Source: Octopus sinensis (lineage: Eukaryota). From it: 16,367 nucleotides of DNA. Location: the NCBI RefSeq assembly GCF_006345805.1, contig NW_021825203.1, positions 1 to 16,367 on the forward strand. The letters are read 5' to 3'. How positions within the stretch are numbered: position 1 is the stretch's first letter; every line of letters begins with the position of its first letter. A program made the translations under genes and the position numbers. This document shows positions 1 through 9,872 of the stretch, in pieces. The notes below the pieces were generated by a model, which made no database searches, was not told the origin of the DNA, and saw only the letters and a list, made by a program, of their open reading frames with translations.

Positions 1-310
1 TATAGTTCAACCGAAATTTCGCAGCCCATTCGACGTAATCTTGTTGGCTGCGTTTAAGATCCGGGCAGTTTTCTTAGTTATTTTTGTCTCGTAGCGGTTT
101 TGCTTGTTATTCTCTTAATACAATCACTAACCACAAACACAATTGGGCCTCGGCAAAATACATTGTTATCTCAATATAAATGCGTTGAATTTTTCCTTTT
201 CTAAAATTTTGTCTACTTATATTAATTTATATCTTCCTAAAACTAGTTTATAGAGCAATCTAATGGATTCTGGTTTACTGTTTATTCCTGATGTATTTTG
301 AGAACACAGA

Positions 311-410
311 AACACACACACAGACACACACACACACACACTCTCTCTCTCTCTCTCTCTCTCGCGCTCCCTCTCCCTCTCTAACACACACACACATACA
401 CGCACACACA
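311..410. repeat. Compound (CA)n/(CT)n microsatellite
   Basis: (CA)n at about 311-340 runs directly into (CT)n at 341-362, followed by a degenerate CT/CA tract. Confidence 0.95.
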
Positions 411-527
411 TACAATGCTAAAATACAAAACTGTTCTGGAAAGATCGTCATAAAATCGCTTACATGTACACAGAAAATTTTCAAAATTAAATGACACGCG
501 AATGAAATATGAAGCACGAAAAATATC

Positions 528-583
528 TACATACGTACATAGATGCATGCATACATGCATACATGCATACATGCATACATGCA

Positions 584-614
<31 letters not shown>

Positions 615-1152
615 CATACATACATACATACATACATACATACGTACGTACGTACGTACATGCATACATGTATACGTACGTACATACATGCATTCATACA
701 TAGTGCGTACATCCATACGTACATACATGCATACATACATCCATACGTATATACACATACATACATACGTATATACACATACATACAAACATACGTACAT
801 ACATAGATACATACATACATACGTGCATACGTACATTCGTTCATACATAGATACGTACGTACATGCATGAATACTTGCATACATACATACGTACATATAT
901 ACATAAATACATGCAAACATGCATACATACATACATACATACATGTATACATACATACGTACGTACATACTAACATACATATGTACATACATACATAGGA
1001 ATATAATACATAAATACTTGCATACGCACAAGGATACATGCATACATAGAAACATACAAACATGCATGCATGCATACATACATACATACATACATACATA
1101 CATACATACATACATACATACATACATACATACATACATACATACATACATA
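528..1152. repeat. Long degenerate (TACA)n tetranucleotide array, about 620 bp
   Basis: Continuous TACA units with TGCA, TACG and TAGA variants; pure stretches near 590-640 and 1075-1150. It explains the MYVC/HTYI ORFs. Confidence 0.97.
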
Positions 1153-1600
1153 GACATGTCAGAAGTAGCATGTATTCAAACCTTTAATAACAAAGACTAC
1201 TGCTGGAACACGCCAATCAAAACCTCAACTCAGTGCAAACATAACAGGGAAAAACATTCATGCTATGTCGTTAAGGTCCGCTGCCCACTCGATGTGAATG
1301 CACCATGAAAAGTCCAGGGAAAAAAAGAGAACATTTGTGGTGAATTAATGCAGAACTTACAGCTCTCGTACCCTGACCATAACATCTCATTTGCACGTAT
1401 CATCATAGGTACATTAGGCTGCGTACATATCAATTTACACAAACACTTAAGGAATATTAGGTTTTTCGAAGAAAGAGCAAAAGAACTCCTACAGACTCTG
1501 CAAATCCGATGTGTTAGTGGCACAGTGAAGACCTGGAAGACATTCCAAAGATTCCTTATCTGGGATAATTTAGATGAATGGATGCATGCACTAAAGTGAG
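1153..1600 (+). mobile_element. 5'-truncated, decayed non-LTR retrotransposon fragment: C-terminal restriction-like endonuclease (RLE) region, R4/NeSL-type
   Basis: ORFs 919..1308 and 1348..1599 share one frame, interrupted only by TGA at 1306-1308: ...DYCWNTPIKTSTQCKHNR-EKHSCYVVKVRCPLDVNAP*KVQGKKENICGELMQNLQLSYPDHNISFARIIIGTLGCV...LQIRCVSGTVKTWKTF. This fits the RLE C-terminal pattern HNR(PD)..hhh(D/E)hxxP....K...Y..L........(P)hhhG(A/T)LG. The catalytic PD segment appears deleted. Confidence 0.75.
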
Positions 1601-1755
1601 TACCACGACATATCGAGCCACACACCAACACAACAACGTCTTTACAAACACCGGGAACTCTCTTACGTCAAGAAGTTTCGTCGCTTTGTTAACGACCGGC
1701 CTGAACTTAAAATAAAGATGAACTTGAATTTAAGTCAAAGGAAAACATACATATA

Positions 1756-1920
1756 GGCGCAAGTGTGGCTGTGTAGTAAGAAGCTTGCTTCCCAACCACA
1801 GGGTTCTGGGATCAGTCCTACTGCATGGCACTTTGGAGCAAGTGTTTTTCTGCTATAACCTCGGGACGGCCAAAATTTTGTGAGTGGATTTGGTAGACTG
1901 AAGCTGATAGCCCTTCGCAT
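1756..1920 (+). mobile_element. SINE family A, diverged 5' half only
   Basis: GGCGCAAGTGTGGCTGTGTAGTAAGAAGCTTGCTTCCCAACCAC...GTGAGTGGATTTGGTAGAC aligns with the head of the copies at 2691 and 6870. It ends in TA/TG repeats and no 3' module follows. Confidence 0.9.
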
Positions 1921-1949
1921 ATATATGTATGTATATATATATATAAGTA

Positions 1950-1980
<31 letters not shown>

Positions 1981-2156
1981 GTGTATATATATACATATAT
2001 ATATAAATATATATTTTGCTCTCTCTCTCTCTAAATATATATATATATATATATATTCATATATCTACACTGAACTGGCTCTATGCGCATACATATGCAT
2101 CTATACAAACATGCACATACACATGTACACACTTCGTGCTCATACGTCCACTCATG

Positions 2157-2200
<44 letters not shown>

Positions 2201-2230
2201 TCTCTCTTTCTTTCTACATACATACTTATA
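1919..2230. repeat. Compound (TA)n/(TG)n/(CT)n microsatellites
   Basis: TA and TG runs at 1919-2060 and a (CT)n run at about 2157-2213. Confidence 0.9.
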
Positions 2231-2690
2231 TATATACATATGTGCACATATGTAAACACAGGGAGAGCATGCTGATATTCATACGTATACAAATGTATTT
2301 ATATGTAAACACGTCCATACTCCCAAAAAAACTTACAGCACATGCATACACGTCGAAACACTCACAAACTTATATAGACACCACATAGCAACGGTAACCA
2401 TATACGGTTATGGTTACCAAGCATATGAAAATCATGAAAGCTCAAACAAGTACGAATGTATATTTCAGCACACTCATAGACACACGCATGCGCACAGTTG
2501 ATGCATAGACTTACACATGCATCTGACTATCTGCGTGAGTACAGATAAATTCTGAAGCATGTACGTATGGAAGCAATTGTGAGGATAAGCAAAATAAAAA
2601 CATCAATATAAAAGCAAAATAAAAAACATCAATATATAAAGTATATTAAATACATCAAATACAATATATATATATTACAATATATATACA

Positions 2691-3095
2691 GGCGCAGGAG
2701 TGGCTGTGTGGTAAGTAGCTTGCTAACCAACCACATGGTTCCGGGTTCAGTCCCACTGCGTGGCATCTTGGGCAAGTGTCTTCTGCTATAGCCCCGGGCC
2801 GACCAATGCCTTGTGAGTGGATTTGGTAGATGGAAACTGAAAGACGCCTGTCGTATATATGTTATATATATATTTGGTGGTGTGGTATATGTTGTGTGTC
2901 TGTGTTTGTCCCCCTAGCATTGCTGACAACCGATGCTGGTGTGTTTACGTCCCCGTCACTTAGCGGTTCGGCAAAAAGAACCGATAGAATAAGTACTGGG
3001 CTTACAAAGAATAAGTCCCGGGGTCGATTTGCTCGACTAAAGGCGGTGCTCCAGCATGGCCGCAGTCAAATGACTGAAACAAGTAAGAGTAAAAG
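2691..3095 (+). mobile_element. SINE family A, full length (tRNA-derived head, central domain, microsatellite spacer, 3' module)
   Basis: A-box-like TGGCTGTGTGG and B-box-like GGTTCAGTCC; then (C/A)(C/T)CTTGGGCAAGT, resembling the start of the CORE-type SINE domain; 3' end GGTGCTCCAGCATGGCCGCAGTCAAATGACTGAAACAAGTAAGAGTAAAAG. Highly similar to the copies at 6870, 11027 and 11614. Confidence 0.95.
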
Positions 3096-3113
3096 ATATA
3101 TATATATATATAT

Positions 3114-3175
<62 letters not shown>

Positions 3176-3284
3176 GATTATATATATATATATATATTAT
3201 AGTATATAGTATATATATATATATATATATATATAATTATATATATATATATATATATAATATATATATATTATATATATATAT

Positions 3285-3318
<34 letters not shown>

Positions 3319-3322
3319 GGTG
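3096..3322. repeat. (TA)n array of about 200 bp followed by (TG)n
   Basis: Directly visible, immediately after the SINE tail. Confidence 0.97.
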
Positions 3323-3348
3323 TGCGCTTTTATTATGAATATATGTAT

Positions 3349-3570
3349 GTAGCTGTGCGGTAGGAAGATTGCTTTCCAACCGTATAGTTCTGAGTTCAGT
3401 CCGTCTGCGTGACACTTTATGCAAGTGTCTTCTATTATAATTTTAGGCCGACCATAACCTTACGAGAGGAATTTTTTTAGACGGTTGTTGGTTTATTTAC
3501 GCCTTCTTAAATGAGCGGTTCGGCAAAAGGTAACCGATAAAATAAATACCAATCTTCAAAATAAATACAG
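3349..3570 (+). mobile_element. Old, internally deleted SINE family A copy
   Basis: TAGCTGTGCGGTAGGAAG...GAGTTCAGTCC...GCAAGTGTCTTCTATTATA...TAGACGG joins directly to a 3'-module remnant, GAGCGGTTCGGCAAAAGGTAACCGATAAAATAAATAC. The spacer region is absent. Confidence 0.75.
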
Positions 3571-4800
3571 GTCTCCAATGATTAAAACAAATAGAATATA
3601 AAAGATGTATACACACACGCATACACACATATATACGGACACGAACACATAATTTCCTCTACCTTTACTGAGACCATTATATTCACTCTCAACATCGCAG
3701 ACACTTCACGCTGAGTCTATTAATTCTAGTATTTCAGGCATTATTCCTATGTGAAAGGTCAGTCGATGGATTGATTATACAGCAATATGGCGGATTTATA
3801 TAGCAACGCTATCATTAATGGAGTCGGTTGACGTTGATATTTGCCTTTTCACAAGAGTATTAATATTAATTCATTGTGTGTGTCGCGGCAAACAATGGTT
3901 TTCTCATAGAAAGTGCATGCGTAAAAGGTGTTTGTGCGCATGTGTAATTGTGTATATCTTTGTGTGTGCACGTGTATGTGTACGTTTGTGTGTGCATAAC
4001 TGATAAATGTGTGATGTAGAAAGCTGTGTGTAAAACTTTGGCCTTTGTGGCAAACTGGATTTAGTTGAAATATGTGAAAAGGAATTTGAAAATATAGAAT
4101 TGCTTGGTACACCAGTGTGGCCAGATTGATAGGTAAGTTAAAAGGAATGTATTGAATGACGGATGTAAAAAAAAACGAGAATAAAAAAATGGTTCTCAAT
4201 TAATTGAAATGTGCCACTCAGATGGAAAAGACAACGAAAATCCTATTAGTAACTGTTAGCGATTCTCGAAGAAGTAATTTCAAGAAAATTACAGTTAGGT
4301 TACATACTTAGAAGAGGAGAATCTGATCATTGTTTGAAAGTAAGGTGGGGGTGGGGGTGGATGGACAGCCATGGCCAAGTTTTGGTCTTATTGCACCTCA
4401 CCGACCTAGTATAGTATACTTAAGCCTTGCTTCAGCTATCGATATATTTCATACATACATACGTACATACATGCATACATAGAGAATGCGAATCCTTCAT
4501 TCATATTCTAGAAATGATCTCGATACCTCGGACTATAAAAAATCAGCAAGACCTCAATATTTAAAGGATGGCGGTTAAATCAAGATACTTTCCTTCACAA
4601 ACTTGCTACCAAGAAGTAGGTGGCCGGTCAGAATTTACTCTAAAGTAAAAAGAGAAATATATATATATATATATATATGATGTATATATAATGTGTGTGG
4701 GTAGTCTCAGAGCTGTAAAGTTGGGTGTTGGCCCCTGATGCGTCAAAGTCGAAGGGAGAGTCCATTATGTAGAGAACAGATGTAAATATTTTATGAACAG

Positions 4801-4851
4801 TGGTGTATTCTGTTTTGGTACATATATGGTCGACACTGTTTTTAGATCTTT
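4801..4851 (+). CDS. Candidate 51-nt exon (phase 1-1) encoding xVYSVLVHIWSTLFLDLx, resembling anoctamin TM2
   Basis: Flanked by ...ATTTTATGAACAG (AG at 4799-4800) and GTAAGT at 4852. An in-frame stop lies just upstream of the acceptor. The peptide resembles the anoctamin motif F(S/A)hFxxhW(S/A)ThFLExW. The match is short and unverified. Confidence 0.25.
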
Positions 4852-4914
4852 GTAAGTCGGCCATAGAATGCAGAAAGATGTATTGAGATTAAGACGATGG
4901 ATTATGTGTAACTA

Positions 4915-5261
4915 TTCTCTTTTATTCTTTTACTTGTTTCAGTCGTTAGAATATGGCCATGCTGGGGCACTGGCTTGAAGAACTTTTAGTCGAATGCACT
5001 TACTCTGGTATTTTTTAAAGCCTGATACTTATTCTATCGGTCTTTATTCCCGAGTAGAGTACAAACACAGACACAAACACACACACACATACAGACACGA
5101 CGGGCTTCTTTCAGTTTCCGTCTACTAAATCCATTTACAAGGTTTTAGTCGGCCCAAGACTATAGTAGAAAACACTTGCTCAAGGTGCCACGCAGTGGGA
5201 CAGAACCCAAAACTATGTGGTTGGGAAGCAAACTTCTCACCACACAGCCACGCCTGCGCCT
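4915..5261 (-). mobile_element. SINE family A variant, reverse strand, internal deletion in 3' module
   Basis: Reverse complement of the head ends at CACACAGCCACGCCTGCGCCT (5261); the tail appears as TCTCTTTTATTCTTTTACTTGTTTCAGTC. It carries extra bases (GGCTTGAAGAACTTTTAGTCG) relative to the other copies. Confidence 0.92.
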
Positions 5262-6322
5262 ACAAAGCATAGAATACACTTATTTATTCTAAAAGAATCT
5301 ATTGTACGAATACAGAGAAGACATTACTATTATTATTATCAACATGGTCGCTTCACCGAAAACTGGGTCTTTTGAATCGTTATCGTTACATTCCTGGATA
5401 AAATGATAATACAATTAATGGACTGAAAAATATATGATGTGATCTGTATATGCAGTTTGGACATATTATATACATTCAGAACGAGTAACACCCTTTCTTA
5501 ATGTATGAAGCTACATCACGGTAACCATGTTTGGTAATACGAACATTATTCTCAATGTCTTGCATAAACACAGCACTCTGAAGGTATATAAATATCTAAA
5601 TATTACATCAACATTCCTTTCTCTAACTTGTGACGTATTTTATAAGAAATTATTAAAATATTTCATCACACAAGACCACTTTCCATTGGCTTAACGAGTA
5701 ATCTTATATCCAAATTGATAGGAAATAACATGTTTTAGTCGGTGAAATCTTCTTCGGGTTCAATTATCAACAACCTCTATACGTGCAAATTTGAAAATAA
5801 TATACTTCCTGTTATCGTAGGAATACTTAGAAATTCGTCGTGAATATAAAAATGATATACTCATGATTATCAGCAATATGCTGAGGCGTCCAAAAGCTGT
5901 AAACAGTAAAAGACTCCGTCCTTAGATTTATCTATAGCGCCATGAAAATATTTTATTTCTATATAAAATGTTGATTTCTTACTCATTTAGGAGGCTCATA
6001 GCAAATTGAATGGTTCCTATTGCATTAATGGTGCTTATTTTAAAGGATCCATAACGAACAGACATTGTCCCTGGCATTATTCCTTCCATTACTTGCTTCT
6101 ACACTCATCAGCCACTTTAATACGCCACTCTTTACGAGGTTATACCCTTCCATATATCTGTGTTCATTATGTAACCCTGATATGTAACCAACTTCATTAT
6201 GTAACATTCCAAAGAAAGGTATCCCCCTCCGACCTAGCCAGGTATCGCACCGTTGCTCTCGTCTTTATCTGCAAGGTAATGGAGACTGAGATTAACAATG
6301 ACATTCTTCATCGCCATTAATT

Positions 6323-6400
6323 TGTCTCTCCCCTGTCTCTATCTATCTCTATCCCTATCTCTGTCTCTCTGACTCTCTCTCTCTCTCTCTTATTCTTTCT
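6323..6400. repeat. CT-rich microsatellite
   Basis: Degenerate (CT)n/(CTAT)n tract. Confidence 0.8.
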
Positions 6401-6545
6401 TATCAACTTAGTAGTAAGCCTTCTACAGCAACAACCAAAGATTCTCTGTTAACAATCTAACAGATGTAATTCACTTTCAACTCATTGCAGTCGTGATAAA
6501 CCTCGCAACGGCTAAATAAATGCTATGATAACCATAAAGCATAAA

Positions 6546-6830
6546 GCGCGTTGCTTGCGGTTTGTATATTCGGTTCACAATCGTAAGGTCGTGAGTTCGA
6601 TTCCCGGTGCCGCGTTGTGTCCTTGAGCAAGACACTTTATTTCACGTTGCTCCAGTCCGCTCTGCTGGCAACAATAAGCTGTACCTGCAGTTCAATAGGC
6701 CAATCTTGTCACATTGAGGGCACGTGTGTCTGTGGCGTACTCAGCCACTTGCACGTTAATTTCATGAGCAGGCTGTTCCGTTGATCATATCAACTGAAAC
6801 ACTCATCACTGTAACCGACGGAGAACCAGT
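6546..6830 (+). mobile_element. SINE family B (tRNA-derived), near full length
   Basis: tRNA-like head with B box GAGTTCGATTC (6593-6603), followed by GTGTCCTTGAGCAAGACACTT, a central motif typical of V/Meta/CORE-type SINE superfamilies. Its 3' part is duplicated at 7321-7415. Confidence 0.85.
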
Positions 6831-6869
6831 GCATTTGCGAGTACAAGGTATCAAAAAATGGTAAATATA

Positions 6870-7273
6870 GGCGTAGGAGTGTCTGTGTGATAAGTAACTT
6901 GCTTACGAACCACACAGATTCCGGGTTCAGTCCCACTGCGTGACACCTTGGGGAAGTGTCTTCTACTATAGCCTCGGGCCGACCAAAGCCTTGTGAGTGG
7001 ATTTGGTAGACGGAAACTGAAAGAAGCCCGTCGTATATATGTATATGTGTGTGTATATGTTTGTGTGTCTGTGTTTGTCCCCCCCAACATCGCTTGACAA
7101 CCGATGCTGGTGTGTTTACGTCCCCGCCACTTAGCGGTTCGGCAAAAAGATACCGATAGAATAAGCACTAGGCTTACAAAGAATAAGTCCTGGGGTCGAT
7201 TTGCTCGACTAAAGGCGGTGCTCCAGCATGGCCACAGTCAAATGACTGAAACAAGTAAAAGAGTAAAAGAGTA
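6870..7273 (+). mobile_element. SINE family A, full length
   Basis: Runs from GGCGTAGGAGTGTCTGTGTG to ACAAGTAAAAGAGTAAAAGAGTA and is colinear with the copy at 2691. Confidence 0.95.
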
Positions 7274-7294
7274 TAGGTGTGTAGTGTGGGAGGG

Positions 7295-7422
7295 TATGTA
7301 AGGTTTGTAAGTACAGGTTTTCTGTGGAGCGCTCAGCCACTTGCACGTTAATTTCATGAACAGGCTGTTCCGTTGGTCGAATCAACTGGAATAGTCTTCG
7401 TCGTAACCGACGGAGTGCTCAG
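7295..7422 (+). mobile_element. SINE family B, 3' fragment
   Basis: TCTGTGGAGCGCTCAGCCACTTGCACGTTAATTTCATGAACAGGCTGTTCCGTTG...GTAACCGACGGAG matches 6730-6823. Confidence 0.9.
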
Positions 7423-7805
7423 CTTTCTCTCTCTTTCAAGTTCTAAATCATCTTCTGTCATTTTATCTCAAGCATCCTGGAATTACTAACTCTGCAACAT
7501 TTCAGCTTTCCACAATCTTTTCCAGTCTTTTCAACTTGTTACACGCCGCTTCCTCCAAACTCCAAACACAATATCATTTACCAATTACTCGGATTTGGTG
7601 ACATCAAACATATAACCACTTAACCGTTACAAAGCTCTGGTGAGTTTAAAACTGAAAGCATAGACTACCAAGACCAGACACTGCACAGTCGTTAGTAATA
7701 CAGTAAACACTAACGTAGTAAAATAGTAAATACTAATAAACGAGGACATTAATCTTCCCACCAAATGTATATACATCGGCTAAAACGACACAGCCTTTGT
7801 GTGTT

Positions 7806-7850
7806 CACTTGACCTGCTAATAATAGCAACCAAATATCCCTCAAACCACT
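7806..7850 (+). repeat. Fragment of a third, unclassified dispersed repeat
   Basis: CACTTGACCTGCTAATAATAGCAACCAAATATCCCTCAAACCAC resembles the reverse complement of 12292-12337. Confidence 0.5.
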
Positions 7851-7930
7851 CCGTATCCCCTATCCATTCGCTAATTGTATTTAGGCATTTGTACGTAGAG
7901 TGTAATATACAGACCCCAGTTTATTTTTTT

Positions 7931-7971
7931 CTACTACTACTACTACTGCTACAACTACTACTACTACTACT

Positions 7972-8021
<50 letters not shown>

Positions 8022-8205
8022 GCTACTACTACTGCTACTACTACTACGACTACGACTACCACCACCACCACCACCACCACCACCACCTCTACTGCTGCTG
8101 CTGCTGCTACTACAACTACTACTACTACTGTTGCTTCTGCTACTGCTGTTGTTCCTGCTACTACAGCTGCTTCTGCTGCTGCTACTACTACTACTACTAC
8201 TACTA

Positions 8206-8254
<49 letters not shown>

Positions 8255-8290
8255 ACAACTACTACTACTACTACTAATAATAATATACTA

Positions 8291-8334
<44 letters not shown>

Positions 8335-8359
8335 GACTGGCAGTCTTACTATTATTATT
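7931..8359. repeat. Compound trinucleotide array: (CTA)n, (CAC)n, (CTG)n, (TAA)n, (ATT)n
   Basis: Directly visible. It explains the poly-L/Y/H/C/T ORF 7799..8365. Confidence 0.97.
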
Positions 8360-8589
8360 GTGTGAAAGAGCAGTGCATGGCATCAAAGTGACACTGAGAC
8401 AACTATTCAATGTCCAGTCACTTGATGTATTCCCAAATGCTCTGTCAACAACCGTAACCAATCCAAAACAACTCTCAGTTAACCATAACAACTTCTCAAC
8501 AATTTTCTGCGACTCCTCAAACTCATGAACGACACCTTTTGACTTCCTGCGATTTCTCATCTCTCGCTCTCCGTCAAAAACGTTGCTAC

Positions 8590-9567
8590 TTATACGAGTT
8601 CGGCTAGTCCATTCTCACAGGGTCTGTCATGGTTCGTGCCATAACACAATCCTTAATGAAACTAGAAGACAATCAACACTACTAAGTAACAAGAAGAGAA
8701 GAAAGGTACTATGTAAATACAAAATTACAGAACAAGGTATACGTGAAGTAAAAGAACAGTTAAAGCAAGATATCCTCGCCAAAGCACAAAGAATTCGGCG
8801 GTATGAGAAACGCCAACGTTTCTTTGAACAAAACCCCAAAAGATTCTACCAAAAACTTGGCAAAAATAAAATAGAGATTAATGTAGCACCAACAGGAGAA
8901 GAAGTGGAAGAATGCTGGAAAGAAATATGATCGGCGAAGGAACAACCTCAGAAAAGACCTATCAAAATAACAAACACAGCATCTGAACAACTTTGAACCC
9001 TTATAACAACTGAAAAGGTCACGCAGACACTGCAAAAAAACTAAGCAACTGGAAGGCACCCGGGCACGACATAATTCCCGATTTCTGGTTTAAATATCTA
9101 ACAGGAATACATAAAACGTTGGCTGAGAAATTGAATGAAATGCTAGCAGAGCCAGAGACAACGTCTGAATGATTCACGTAAGAGGAAACTATTCTTTTTA
9201 ATCGATGTATCAATACTAACAGATGACAACGTTTCTCTAACAGAAACAGAGAAACTCTCAAAATACAAAGACCTGGAAATAAAGGTAACTCGAAAGAGAA
9301 GCCAAAGAGAGAAACAATTCTTATTATAGCAGGTGTATTAGGTATGAAACTAAACACATTCAAAGAAATACATAACAAAAAAACATCAGGACTAACAAGT
9401 ATATGCAACATAGAAAAAATGACACTACTATGCACCGCTCACATCGTACGTAAAACACTTTCAATACAGTAAAAGCAAGAGCATCACTACAAACCACATC
9501 ACATAGCCAGGGCACAAAGGGCTGTGCTCGGCAATGCAGCGAAAGCACGTGATAAAAATAGGACTAC

Positions 9568-9568
<1 letters not shown>
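8590..9568 (+). mobile_element. Decayed, internally deleted R4/Dong-like non-LTR retrotransposon (pre-RT region fused to RLE C-terminus, plus 3' UTR)
   Basis: Pre-RT region LKQDILAKAQRIRRYEKRQRFFEQNPKRFYQKLG...EEVEECWKEI*; then SNWKAPGHDIIPDFWFKYLTGIHKTLAEKLNEMLAEPE (9044-9156), the start of the RT region; then from 9201 IDVSILTDDNVSLTETEKLSKYKDLEIKVTR and, after a frameshift, ETILIIAGVLGM...NIEKMTLLCTAHIVRKTLSIQ* (stop at 9470-9472); about 95 nt of 3' UTR; (TAA)n tail from 9569. The 5' boundary is uncertain. Confidence 0.88.
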
Positions 9569-9628
<60 letters not shown>

Positions 9629-9872
9629 TAATAATAATAATAGTAATAATAATAATAATAACAATAATAATAATGATGATGATGATGATGACGATGATGA
9701 TGATGATGACGATGATGATGACGATGATGATGACGATGACGATGATGATGATGATAATGATGATAAGGATGGTGAAGAGAAGGAGGTGGACGAAGACGAG
9801 GACGACGACGACAACGACGATAATGATGATGATTATGATGATGATGATGATTATGATGATGATGTTGATGAT
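9569..9872. repeat. (TAA)n tail grading into (GAT)n/(GAC)n array
   Basis: (TAA)n at 9569 to about 9673, then GAT/GAC units to 9872. Confidence 0.97.

Noticed and set aside
65-111. Apparent homology with 10686-10729 (GCAGTTTT-N18-GTAGCG...TGTTATT)
   Set aside because: The match does not extend on either side and lies in T-rich sequence, so it is probably chance. It also shows that a hydrophobic run ending in TAG-CG can occur fortuitously, which weakens the GPCR reading.
381-1171. Long ORFs (up to 258 aa) rich in MYVC/HTYI
   Set aside because: They are translations of the (TACA)n array, which lacks stop codons in most frames.
2691-2770. tRNA gene at SINE heads (also 6546-6610)
   Set aside because: A/B boxes are present, but I cannot build a full cloverleaf with a paired acceptor stem, and the sequence continues into a multicopy SINE body.
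2830-3363. SINE-derived ORFs such as ...RLKAVLQHGRSQMTETSK recurring at several loci
   Set aside because: The recurrence reflects SINE copy number, not a protein family.
3752-4003. Open frame containing RWIDY, reminiscent of the heliorhodopsin RWxEY motif
   Set aside because: Only a 5-residue motif, no other helices, and the frame runs into TG repeats.
7441-7601. Open frame after a strong pyrimidine tract and AG (LNHLLSFYLKHPG...)
   Set aside because: The frame closes before the strong GTGAGT donor at 7640, the nearer donor is weak, and no family is recognised.
7799-8365. 188-aa ORF with poly-L/Y/H/C/T
   Set aside because: It is a translation of the compound triplet microsatellite.
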